A stretch of DNA of 63,094 bases, filler included, from Choristocarpus tenellus KU-1152 (taxonomy: Eukaryota > Protista > Phaeophyceae): NCBI GenBank assembly GCA_964200185.2. It is 7 parts of 7 records of this genome, joined end to end, with 100 filler letters (N's around TTAATTAATTAA, not from the genome) between each part and the next. Parts side by side here need not be neighbours in the genome. Positions count along the whole stretch, not along the records: positions 1 to 28,829 come from CAXNAD020000117.1; 6 more parts are not named here. One strand, given 5' to 3'. The translations under genes were made by a program, and so were the position numbers. The notes under the pieces are model-generated. The model was not told the DNA's origin. It saw only the letters and a list, made by a program, of their open reading frames with translations, and ran no database searches. The first letter of the stretch is position 1; the number at the start of each line of letters is the position of its first letter. Positions 1 to 11,200 of this stretch are shown piece after piece.

Positions 1-898
1 TGGTGGTGATGAAGCCCCATCTTTGATGATGCTCATCACTCCTCAATTTGCACTTGTCCAACCGTAACCTCGTACCCTCGGTTACGGTTCGTTTTTGTTC
101 GTTTTTGTTCGTCTGATCCGTCTTGCCCGGTGATTTTCTTCACCGCCCTTGCCTGAGTGAACCACACCGCCACAGAATCACACGATTCACACAGGGTCAA
201 AATGCAAAACGACCAAAACCTGGGTACCTCTCGTTTACTTTGGCTCACTTCTGTGTAGTACTGCTTCGAAGTATAAAATGCTCGAAAAAGTCTCCGATGT
301 TATCTTGAGGAGAATTGGGCTTGGTGAAACGAAGGTGTAGTCACCCAAGTCTCCATTATTGGAATTTTGTGGTTTTCAGGAGGGTAAAAATGTCAAATCA
401 TGTTGCAGTGTTGTGAACCACGTCAGGCAGTTCGATCCGTTTCAGTTCAATTACTTGAGAATGGAAGACAACCTAACTAACTGAAAAAGTTAGATTATTC
501 AATTACTTACATTATTTTATGATAATACAAGCAGAAACATGAGTGAAACACATCAGAAGTCAGAAAGCCGCACAACCCAAGTGTATTGGTCATAAGGTGT
601 CACTACCTAGCACTCCCAACACATTTTGACTTCGGATCTGCCTAAGATCACAGACAAACTTTTGCGCTTCCAGAGGGACTCCAAACAAGCCATGGACCTA
701 GCAATGCCACCCCCCACTAAGCGACTTGCGCACATTTCGCGCGCATCGTCTCGTGTGCTGACAGTTCAAACGTGTTAATCGAATTTTTCTTGCCCAGTTA
801 ATTTCAAGCGGAAGTTCTTTCGGTTCACAACACTACCAACAAGGTTTTCGATCCAAACACTGTGCCACTAACACTTTGACATGATGCTGCGAATGTTT

Positions 899-1790
899 AA
901 GTCACCATTGGTATCTTGTGGATATCGGGCAGGCGAAGCGGTCAAACATGCGTTTCGGATCGCATCAAGAAATGTGAAACTGGGTATTTTGCAAATTCTC
1001 CAAAATGTTGGGCTCAAGTCACCATTATTGGTATTTTACGATTATTGGCCAGGTGAAGTGATCAAACATGGGTTGTGGATCCATCCAAGCAATGTATTAC
1101 TGGCGCTTCTAGAAAACTTTGCAAAACGGTGCCAGTCAAGTCACCAATGGTATCTTGTGGATACCAGGGAGGTGAAACGACCAAGGATATGTTTTCGATC
1201 CAATGAAGCAATGAATACCTGGCTCTTCTGCAAAATGCTGGAGAACGTTTGCACTTCAAGTCATCATTGACATCTTACCAATATTATGCAGGTAAAACGG
1301 TAAAATATGAGTGTTGTCCGGGAATGTGAAAGTGGCACATTTGTATGATATGCAAAATGTTGCCGATCAAGTCACCATTGGTACGATTTTGGGTCAGTAA
1401 AATGATCAAACATGTGTTTTGGATCCCTCTAAGGAAATGTATAAAACTGGCACTTTCAAATATATTTCTGTAAACTGTAACAACCGTTCCAGTCGCTATT
1501 ACTGATATTTTGACGAAATTGGGCAGGTGACACGGTCAAAAAAATGTTCTGTAAAAAAAACTTTTGAGTGTTACTGCTCAAGTTACCATTGATATCTTGT
1601 TCCTATTAGGCAGGAGAAACGGTCAAACAAGGGATACGTTACTGATCCATCTAAACAGTGTGAAACTGACTTCTTATGAAAAACTGGAAAATGGAGCCCC
1701 TTGTGTCACCATTTGTTCTTGGTCGATATTTGGCAGTTCATACCGTCGAACATGGTTTGGTTGTGGACCTATCCAAGCAATGTGTAACTT
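899..1790. repeat. Degenerate ~120-bp tandem repeat (satellite or subterminal-repeat array), about 8 units
   Basis: The motif (C)AAGTCACCATTG recurs at 899, 1016, 1138, 1258, 1369, 1490, 1580 and 1703 (spacings 117, 122, 120, 111, 121, 90, 123). Each unit also carries GGCAGGTGAAACGGTCAAACATG-like and GATCCATC..AATGTGAAACTGG-like blocks. An isolated copy lies at ~346. Confidence 0.85.
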
Positions 1791-3129
1791 ACACAGCAAA
1801 TCATTTTGGGATAGCGACAAACAATCTTGCGTAATGAAGAAAGCATGTGCGACAAGCAAATCTTAAAAAGGTGCTCCACCTTGCTAAATAAAACCCCCAC
1901 TAAGCCCTGGTGGTGAGAGGGGCGTGGATACAACAGATTATTAAAACATATTTTTATTGGCTCTGTTTTGCAATGATACTAATAGTTGAATATTATTAAT
2001 GATCCAGAAATACAGCACAAGTATGTTTGTCAAACCTCAGTCCTCTCTGCCTTGAAAACTGAAAGAAAAAACGGTTGAATCACGTATGGGCTAATGCATA
2101 CAAGCCTAGAGCGCTAAATCTAATTCTACTGTAAGTTGACCACAGGATGACATACACCTGTATCTGGCATACCTACCTCGCATCATCTTCAGGAGGAGAG
2201 TGAACTCAACCAGTCAGGCAATACTTCTGGTATCAAATATAGAACTTACAGTCTGCTAGGTGGAAATGTACACTGGGAAAGTCGCCTGTGTGTTTGTTGT
2301 ACAATGTGTGGCGTATTGTGGTGGGTATGGCAATATTTAGGGGACAGCTCGAATCACGTTTGTGGGGAAATAGAAGCTGACTTTAGATTGATTTGTTACG
2401 TGTTGTTGGGTTGAGTGTTCACTGCTGCATGGAAACCATTATCTTTGGGTGGTGAGCAATTAATATGACAACGTAGATTGGGACATTGAATGATCCCACT
2501 TGGCGGAATGTCTAGTAAACGTCTGAATGAAAAAAGCGAAGGTCGGAACTTTAATCCAAAACACTACATTTTTTAAGGTATCACATGTCAACATACACTT
2601 AAATCAATGTAGACTTCGACAGATGATAGTTGAGTCAGAATTTTATACAACTGTAGTTTCTACCTATTTTAATATTAATAGTGCATGTTCATAGTGTGGA
2701 TCATTCCAACCAGGACATGGCAGGTTGGGACCAAAAATATATTTATACTAGGAGTGACACAAAACTTTTCAAAGATCTGACTTTTCCAGGCTTGATGAAA
2801 TAACAACCACTCTGGAAAGAAGATGAGCTAGAGAACATTCTTGTCAACATGTTAGAGGGAAATGACTAAGTTAAATCAATTGAGAGGTTCGCAAGGTTGT
2901 ATTTTAACGATATTGAGATAGGGCAGAAAGATGTCATTTTACAATTGCAGGAAGGACATTTGCTAAATTGTGGAATCAGTTTTGTGTAAAGGGGGAATAT
3001 CAATCTTGGGTACAATATTGTGCACATAAAGAAATGTAGTGTATTGCACAGGGTAAGAAAGATGACTTAGAATGAAATAGGGTCCAAACCTACCTACATC
3101 TCAATTGATTTAGCTCACTATAAGGGAGT

Positions 3130-3800
3130 GAGACAGGGTCTCTTGCACATACCATGGTAAGCCTGCAATAATACATCTAATATGGGACAGAGGTGGAAAC
3201 CATAGCATTGTAGATATGTAATCAAGGAAGTCATTGAAGTGCTAGCTAGCATGATTTTCCTATAATGTGCACAAAAAGATGTTCCTGCAGACCAAGTGTT
3301 GAAAGTATAAAAAATCTTGCCAGCCATAGCTCCAGTAGAGGCATAGGTTTCAGGCAGCAAACGACAAAGAAACCTTGGATCTAACTTCTGGGTAGTGAGC
3401 AATCCGATTTTTGTCTCGCCTCATATAGCACTCCTTTGAATATCACAAGGGCTTCATGAACTTCTGTGATTGAGAACACTGGCCCAAGTTCAATGTCATC
3501 CTCCCACATCACTTGGTGAAACTCAAATAAAGTCATGTCAGCAATATAAAACAAAAGACTGTCTATGGGTATTCTCTGCAAAGTGGCAGTAGATCCCTCT
3601 CACTACAACACAACTCATTAAAGCTCTTCCTGCCGATTTGTTGCATACTGCCATTGCCCAAAGTTCTATTTCTCATGATAGCAAACACCGTAACATATCC
3701 ATACCACAGCTAAGGTTTCTCTTCCAGTACAAGGCGTTTGACTGTAGGGGGTGGAGACTTTGATGTGAACTGCGTTCTCATACTCTCCTCACATCAGAAA
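3130..3800 (-). mobile_element. Degenerate Ty3/gypsy pol remnant (RNase H to integrase zinc-binding region)
   Basis: Frame-broken minus-strand peptides ETLAVVW (RNase H E-x-LAVVW motif) followed by WEDDIELG...FKGVLYEA. Many stops and frameshifts. Confidence 0.45.
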
Positions 3801-4226
3801 CAAACACACATGGAATTCACGTTTCAACTACTGTCCAATCAATCCTTCAGACTATCAGTGGTCACCATGACCATGACATGAAGAACATCTAGCACTCGTA
3901 TGTTTTTACTTCATTCCATCTGCCTTGCAATAGGTACCATCACTCAATAATACGCTACATCAAGAACCATACTGAAAGTCTAACAGACTCACATCACACA
4001 CCTTCAAGGTGCTTTTACATGCTATCATTGTCAGTTGGTAAAAACTGAACAAACTGAACTCAACAAATTATGGGGGAAGATTCGGTAAATGCACCTAGAC
4101 AAGCAAATCTACAGGAGTCCCACTGATGGACAGCACTTAAACATCACTTCTATGCCATGTCGCATTCATCTCGCAGTTGGAACCTCCTCTTCAGATGCTG
4201 TTGCATCAAGAAACTCCCTCTCCTAT

Positions 4227-7200
4227 TTATGTACTGGGTTCACTAGGATCTTCAAACTTAGACTGTGAGTCATTGGGCAGTGATCCACCATCATCTTCTG
4301 GTGATGCTGAGTCAGTTGGCCCAACAGTCTGCACATGAAAAGGAGAGGAGACAACAAGCAAAGCGGAAATGAAATTCAGGCTCTTGAGGCTATATTTTTC
4401 ACTAAAGTACTTTCCAAAATCCACAAGACCACTTGGAAGCTAGGAGCGAGAAACAACAGCCTACTCTTGCAAGGCATACAAAAAGGGCATCAAACATCAA
4501 ATTTGCGGTATCATGGTAAAAGTTGTAACACACATTTTTGTTGTCAGTCTATTTTTAGACCCACCTTGTTTGCCTCTACCTTCCCGTCCTGGATGAGCTT
4601 CTCCTTGAGCAACTTCTTCTTCAACATTCTTGCCTCCTTCTCCTCATCAGTAAGCTCAACCACATCCTCCTCGACCTTCTTCCTCTTTGTCTTTCCTTTC
4701 CTAGATTTCTTCTTTTTAGAATCTTCACCATCTTCCTCATCACGCTCTTGCCAAATGACTTTTTTCCCAAACTTCTTCATCGCTGCAGAATAAGCAATCT
4801 CATATCCCTTCCTGAAAGCATTCTCAAACACCTTTTCATCAGCCTTGTACTGCTCCAAGGTCAGTCTTGTATCACGGGCCCAATACAGCTTTGTCCATTC
4901 CTTCTTAAGGATGATATCCGCCTCTTTCTGCCCATTTTTAAAGTGCATGGTGTACAAACATGTGGCATCAAAAGGATGTGTATTTTATTTGGGATGCAAG
5001 AGAAAGGAACATTTACAACAGAACAGAAAGACAACTAACTCAAAACAAGAAATTAACCTGTGTTTCAGGTATCAGAAACAAAATACGTACTACATAAATG
5101 CAGCAATAAGCCTAAACAGAGCACCCACTCTACTGAGTGCATGTACCCTTGTCAGCTCCCAGTAGACTCAAAGCAAGTATATGGAAGCTGTAGACTACAA
5201 TCATGCCCAGACAACACTCACAAAGGCATGTTCAGCTATACGATCCATGGCGTCTTCCTGTGACTTCTTCTGCAGTGCTTCCAAGTGCTTTCTGGTAGCT
5301 TCTTCGTCATCCTCCTCTTGTTTCTGTGCCTCCTCTGGTGTGAGCTTTGGCTTCATCTGAAATTTGAAAAAAACACAGTTTGAAGCCAGTCAACAAGGTA
5401 TGCCAGGTATTAAAGCAGCACATGCATACATCATCCTCATCTCATCTCATCATCTCAAATGACACCAAAAATGACCAAAACCATTCCAACTGGAAGTTTC
5501 TCATGAACCATCACTCTTGCATATTGCAAATTTTTAAATTTCACTTCACAGAATACTTTTTGAGTCAGGGGACAAATTCATGGAAGGGAATGGTCCAATT
5601 GACATATAGAGTGTGGGCTAAATCACACCCACTCCTACTCTTTCACATCACTAGGAGCACATCAGACAAACACAATGTCCAAAATTCTCAGGTACATCAG
5701 AACATGCTCTTGGAGGTTCTAATGGAAGGATAAAGCAAACAAACAATTAACACTCAAGACTGCACAAAAATTCAATTCTCTCCATGTGGCCATGTCAATA
5801 AAATACACATCATGGAACTTGGGAATGTCAGGGATCCATCCAAGTTAATACAAAGAGCGTGAGTACCTGTAACCAACACCTTTGACCTTTGACAATTACT
5901 CACAAGTACATTAGTCGCTGAAAATGATCAAAAGAGGGTAACTGAAAGACAACTATCTCACCTGAGAACGTTTTTCAAGAATCTTTTGTCTGTATCCCTC
6001 AAACCCTCCTGAAATCATATTTGAGAGTTCTGCACGACGGTCCAATCCCTCCCGTCGCATATCCATGATGTACCTGTTATGTATCTCTTCTCCTGTGCCA
6101 AATGAAAACGCCTGCAAAAAAATAGGTGGGGTGTCTCCGAAATTTACTTCATAAGGCTAATAACTAACACTTCTTACACTTGTAGAGCAAAATTGTGATA
6201 TGAAAGGAATAGCCTTGTGTAAAGTCAGAAGGTATCACACGAGGATGTAACCTAAACATGGAGATATACAGCCTGAAATATGCATGTTCCGCTAGCAAAG
6301 TTATGTTCAAATTGATTCAGTTGATTAAGCACTTATTATAATGGCGAAGGAATATGGACCTCTCTAGTCTCACAGTGATTGTGTAGATGATCACGTAGTG
6401 TAGATGCTTCATATGAGGACTAGGTACAGTCATACTCCTTTCATCTATTACTAAAAAAAATGTGTTTCTGGCATTTTTCCAGTAAGGTGCACAGGAGCAT
6501 CATTATTTTACTGGACTCTTCCCTAACCAGTAACAAACAAGCGATTCCATGTTTAACCCAACCCCATGTTATTTGCACATCCCCATGATCCTGAAGTTGA
6601 AATTGTTGAGAACATCCAGCAACCACACCAATCACTTCACATCCATCACTGTGAACACTCAACAGAATGTCATGGTCATACAAATGTTCACTGAGACTGA
6701 ACATGGTTGATGATCATTCACTATGCTAGTGGTGTCAACCATGCCAACAAGGTGTACTGCTTGTTAAGTACCTCCCAGCATCCCCCCCTTTCATGGACCT
6801 GATAACTGCATATTAATAGTGCTATCATGGCCTTCTTGATTAGTCCAAGACAACTAACGTCAGATAATGAATGTTGATGCGAAGTCATCTTTACTTCAAA
6901 TCATACAAGAAAGGTGCCTTCACCTATGTTTCTATCTATGTTGAACACAACAAAGAGGGTTGGATGTGTGACCACTGTCAAGATGAAAAATCAGCACAAA
7001 TTTGAATCAACCAAGATAGTAACATTAACAATGACAAAAGATCACAATTCCTAAAAAAGTAATCCACAACACACCTTTTTCCTCCCTCACACATCTGTAT
7101 CATGTTGATGGGTACAAAAAATAGAATTTTATCCTTAGGATTTCACACACAGCAAAAAGAAGATACCATATTATTATACTCAAATATCAATGTCTGAATG

Positions 7201-10200
7201 AAATTCAGTCCAGCTTTGTGTTGTGCATGTTATTGCAGGATGTCATCATCAAGTTTAACCCTAACCCTATTGACCACTGGACAAACAACAAAGGAAAAAT
7301 CTTCAACTGCCTACAGCACCTCGAAATACATACTTCTGGACTGGGGCAATGTTGCCAACCTACTCATACACAGTTCATATCAGGCAAAAAATGCAAACTC
7401 AAATCAGTAAAATCCTTCACTGCATGCAAGATTTTTGAATAGGAATTTATGCCCAGTTCACAAACCTCCAAGTTTGAAGTGTGCAGCATGTTACTTAGAA
7501 GTATCATTCTTGGGGTGGTATATGTTATCTACATGACTTCTAGAACACTGGCAGGACCTGGGGTTTTGTATTAAGTTATTGGTGTATACATTTAAAGAAA
7601 TAGATTTTTGCTTAATGAACAAATGCAGTCATTGGTACTTGAGCTCTTCCATGTTCAAAAACCGGGTCTCTTAAGGCCGGGCACAAACAGCATACACTAA
7701 AAAAACTATCAAGACAACGGATTGATGTGAAGCCATCAAATGTGTTTAGGGCTTCACAATTCAACATTTCTACCACCATAATACTAACTTTTTGATCGCA
7801 GTGTTGAAGGGTCCAAGAACTTTACCAAGACAAAAAAGGTACACACAGATGATCAGTATTGGCCTTGAAAGTGGTACATAATAGTTACCAAGGCAATTAA
7901 TTGCCTTCCAGGAGTCAACAGGCAGGACGTCAGACTTGTCCCTACATTTCATAGACGTGCCGATCATATAGCCAGAGCAATCAAGTAGGTCCAGAGACAT
8001 CATCACAATGTACCAAAGGCGGAAGGATCTACGCCTAATTGACCAACCCAGAGGACTAGAGCACCAATGTATTACTACAAGTACAGTTGGTGTGCATCTC
8101 AGAAGGTATGTTTGTAGGTTCGTGCGGGTGCGGTATGTATAGAGGGAGATATATGAGGTGTGCGATACTTCAATTTTTCCTACATCTTCACATCAAAATT
8201 TATACTCTGAATGCATGCTATATACAGCACTATATATAATGCTTGGTAGTAATTATTTGTCATTGCATCATGCACCATACACCATAAACCACACAACACA
8301 CACTTGGCAGTAAGACAGGAGGGTGCTGAAGGGTAGATTGAACACTCCATCCAACAGTGTTGATAGCCAAAAGAGGGGCCTGTAAAAAAAGTGTTACTAT
8401 CCACCGAGCTTAGCAACACAGCATAGTCCTGAGGCTCCAAAAGCTAATCCAAGGGTTGTTATCTCCTATCATTTCCAGCACAGATATGTTGTGTACTTCA
8501 GTAGATAGGCTCCTGAGTTTACAGGTTAATCTTTTGAATTCGATAGTGCAACTTTCAAATGTCAGGATTTTTCTGCCAACTGGAACTTGCAATTCAATTA
8601 ACCAAAACTTGTACAGGTTTTTCAAAAGGTGGTGTCATCACCTACCATAAATCACATAGGACATCTCAATTCACAGTTCCAACATATGATCACGAGGAGA
8701 GCATTATGCAGGTGTGGTCAGAACAAGGACTTGCAACAGAGGGTGGAATAATAATCTCAACAAAGTAAACAATTACGCAAACCTTCCCCACATGCTGGAT
8801 GACAGGGATAAATCCCCTTTGCAAAACCTCGTTCTCAAATTTGTATCAATAGAAGATCTCTCATAATACATTCAGGTAGACCACACACAAACTCTATCTA
8901 CAACATGTTTCCTCTTGATAAAATAACCAGCAACCATTGTAGCATATACCTGCTATTCATGAACAAGTGAAATTGGTATCTGGTTGTTTTCTCCAAAGAG
9001 AAACCTTAGATATATAGAGTTTGAGTCAAAAGAAGCAGATACCCGACAACAAATGTATATCCAGACATTCTGTCATATTTTCCCCACCATATTGAGAAAA
9101 CTGACAGTATGAGCACCAGTAATCGCGTAATCAACACAACATGCAGGAAGTCCACATGCACACAAACCATACATGGAATTAAATCTGACATACTAGAGAG
9201 GTAGGCTGGTGGTGGAATTCATTTTTCTTGTGCATTGCACTAAGGTATGTAAAATTAGTGGCATGTGCATGCCCTCAAAGTACCAAAATTATTACCCTAA
9301 TTAGTCTACTCGGCATGTATGTACAGACAGGTATGCCTCAAAATGTGATCGGTCAGTCCGTGTTGACATTCCTTGCCTCTCCTTTCAGCTTCATTACAGT
9401 GTGCACAGTGAAATGAGGAAGCAGATAAGCAACCTCCAATAGCAGTAATGGAAAATAACTGTACAATAGATAGCAGGGGGTTGAGATGAGATCATCTCTG
9501 CATATGCTCTTAACTGCATTTACCAATACATGAAAACAAAAACCAAGAACAAACAGGCACACCCCAGTTTGCTGTTGGCAAATTCCTTTGCACTGTCGAA
9601 ATTCAGGTAAGCATTTATCTCACACTACTTAACACCCTTTGGTGAAGCTTTTTAAAGTCAACAATGATCAATAGCCTACAATGTTCACACATGTCAATAT
9701 GGTTTTGGTTTGAGAAGCCCTACACGCCCTGAGTAACCTACTCCCCTAGAGTTGACCTTGACCGTAACAGTCACTCAAATGGCACCAATGTACTTCTAGT
9801 ACTATACAAAGATGTAGTCTGGAACTCCCCAAAACATGGTTAAATGGAAGAAATCAACACGACAAAAAAAAGAACGTGCAAAAACACTGTCATGACACAC
9901 CTTGTTCGTGGCATTCTCCATCAGGAAGGCCTCGGCACTGAGGCGAATAATATCATCACGCGCGATTGTCTCGACCGGAAGTACATCCGTCAAATTTGCA
10001 ACCCGTACTGGGCCGCCTTCCCTACCGTCCACAATCTCACCCACTCGAATGAAGGTGTATTCAAGCCCGGACGCCTGTCCACAAATGCCCCGACGCAGAA
10101 AGTAACGCACAGGACTTCACGGTTATGCTCATAAGCTTAAATATCTATAATAGTCATATTGTAACAACATGTAAAGATATCAAGGCTTGATTCTTGGCAA

Positions 10201-11018
10201 AAGAGGACCTGTTACGCTTCACACACCTTGAGAGCCTCATCGATACCCTTGCTCGCCACTGCCTCTGCAGAAATCGAGGAAGTCATCACTATGGACTTGA
10301 CACCAGCCGCCTTTGCCACTCCCAAATAATCTTTGATGACATCACCATCACAGTCGAAGCATAGCCAAGCGTTACACCCTTCAAGCTTCTTTTGCATCAC
10401 GGTGGGATCAGCGCTGTTACCTTCGTCAAAGTCAAGCACATCCAGTAGGCCGCTGTAGCGTGACCTGCGACTTACAAGGCGCTTTTTAGCAAATAAGTTG
10501 CTGGGAGAGAAGGCGACGATCTTTGACCACTTGCTCTGGGCCTGCAAGACATCGAAGACGAAATTGTCGGCACGTTCTGTCGAGTTGAGGAAGCCCGACA
10601 CCAGAACTGTGCCCAAGTCGATTTTCTCAGATGGCTGTTCAAGCTTTTTTTCCACTTCCGACGAACCGCCTTCAAAAAAGAGGCGAGCCGCTAGCCTTTG
10701 GACCGTGCAGGGGCGTACATGAGACTGCAAGTGGCACAAGTGGAGGCTTGGATGTGAGTATCCTGCCGGATCAACTCAAACATGCACAAGACCAACTCGT
10801 AGAACATATATACCGGTCAATAATATCGTTTTCTATATGGAGGGTATTTATCGCTAACCAGGGTTAATTTACATGATCTTTGCCGTGGAGTTGAACGAGT
10901 ATTGACATTGGGTAAGGTTGCAATCACGACTCATACGTCTCACCCGGCGAATGACGTGTGGGACAAAAGCGAAGGAACTTGAGATAGCTGCCAAGCCTAG
11001 AATGGCAGGAAGGCGCAT
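4227..11018 (-). CDS. Plastid-targeted NAD(P)-binding Rossmann-fold-like protein (atypical SDR / Tic62-NmrA-like) with a long charged C-terminal tail; 7 exons, ~498 aa
   Basis: Exons 11018-10944, 10724-10227, 10074-9901, 6111-5962, 5356-5222, 4927-4565 and 4328-4227 all have GT-AG boundaries and give an open frame of 1497 nt. The N-terminus MRLPAILGLAAISSSFA-FVP is a signal peptide plus ASAFAP-like motif. The core has TVLVSG..., AKAAGVKSIVMTSS, ASGLEYTFIRVGEIVDG and IARDDIIRLSAEAF...ATNK|AFSFG, typical of atypical SDR folds. Confidence 0.85.
6480..8000. mobile_element. Degenerate Ty1/copia RT and RNase H relics inside the 3.8-kb third intron of the plastid-protein gene
   Basis: Minus-strand LYDHDILL...QQFQLQDHGDV resembles copia RT LYVDDILL...F.L.DLG. 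Plus-strand ~7820-7940 weakly resembles the copia RNase H end (KHID...STxxQxAD). Heavily decayed. Confidence 0.4.
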
Positions 11019-11200
11019 GTCTTAAGATCAAGTAGCAGGGTATGCAACAGGTTCCTCCCCTCTCGGATCGTTGTTGGGGTGAGTGTCGTAATCGTCAGAC
11101 ATGGAGTGTGCATCAAATGGATGAATGACCATGTGCAGGCGTTTTTCTCCTTGTTAATCCCATTTTGTATCCGTCCCATTTTGCTGCTAGGTATTGTGAG
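11019..11200. promoter_or_regulatory. Putative bidirectional promoter / shared 5' region between divergent genes
   Basis: Only 182 bp separate the ATG of the minus-strand gene (11018) from the ATG of the plus-strand gene (11201). Confidence 0.6.

Noticed and set aside
60-89. 10-bp hairpin AACCGTAACC...GGTTACGGTT followed by a T-rich tract, as an intrinsic terminator
   Set aside because: The context is eukaryotic with no associated gene, and I found no Helitron-type CTRR end nearby.
899-1790. CRISPR-like array or protein-coding repeat
   Set aside because: Similarity extends across the whole unit rather than identical repeats with unique spacers. There are no cas genes, the context is eukaryotic, and variable unit lengths break the reading frame.
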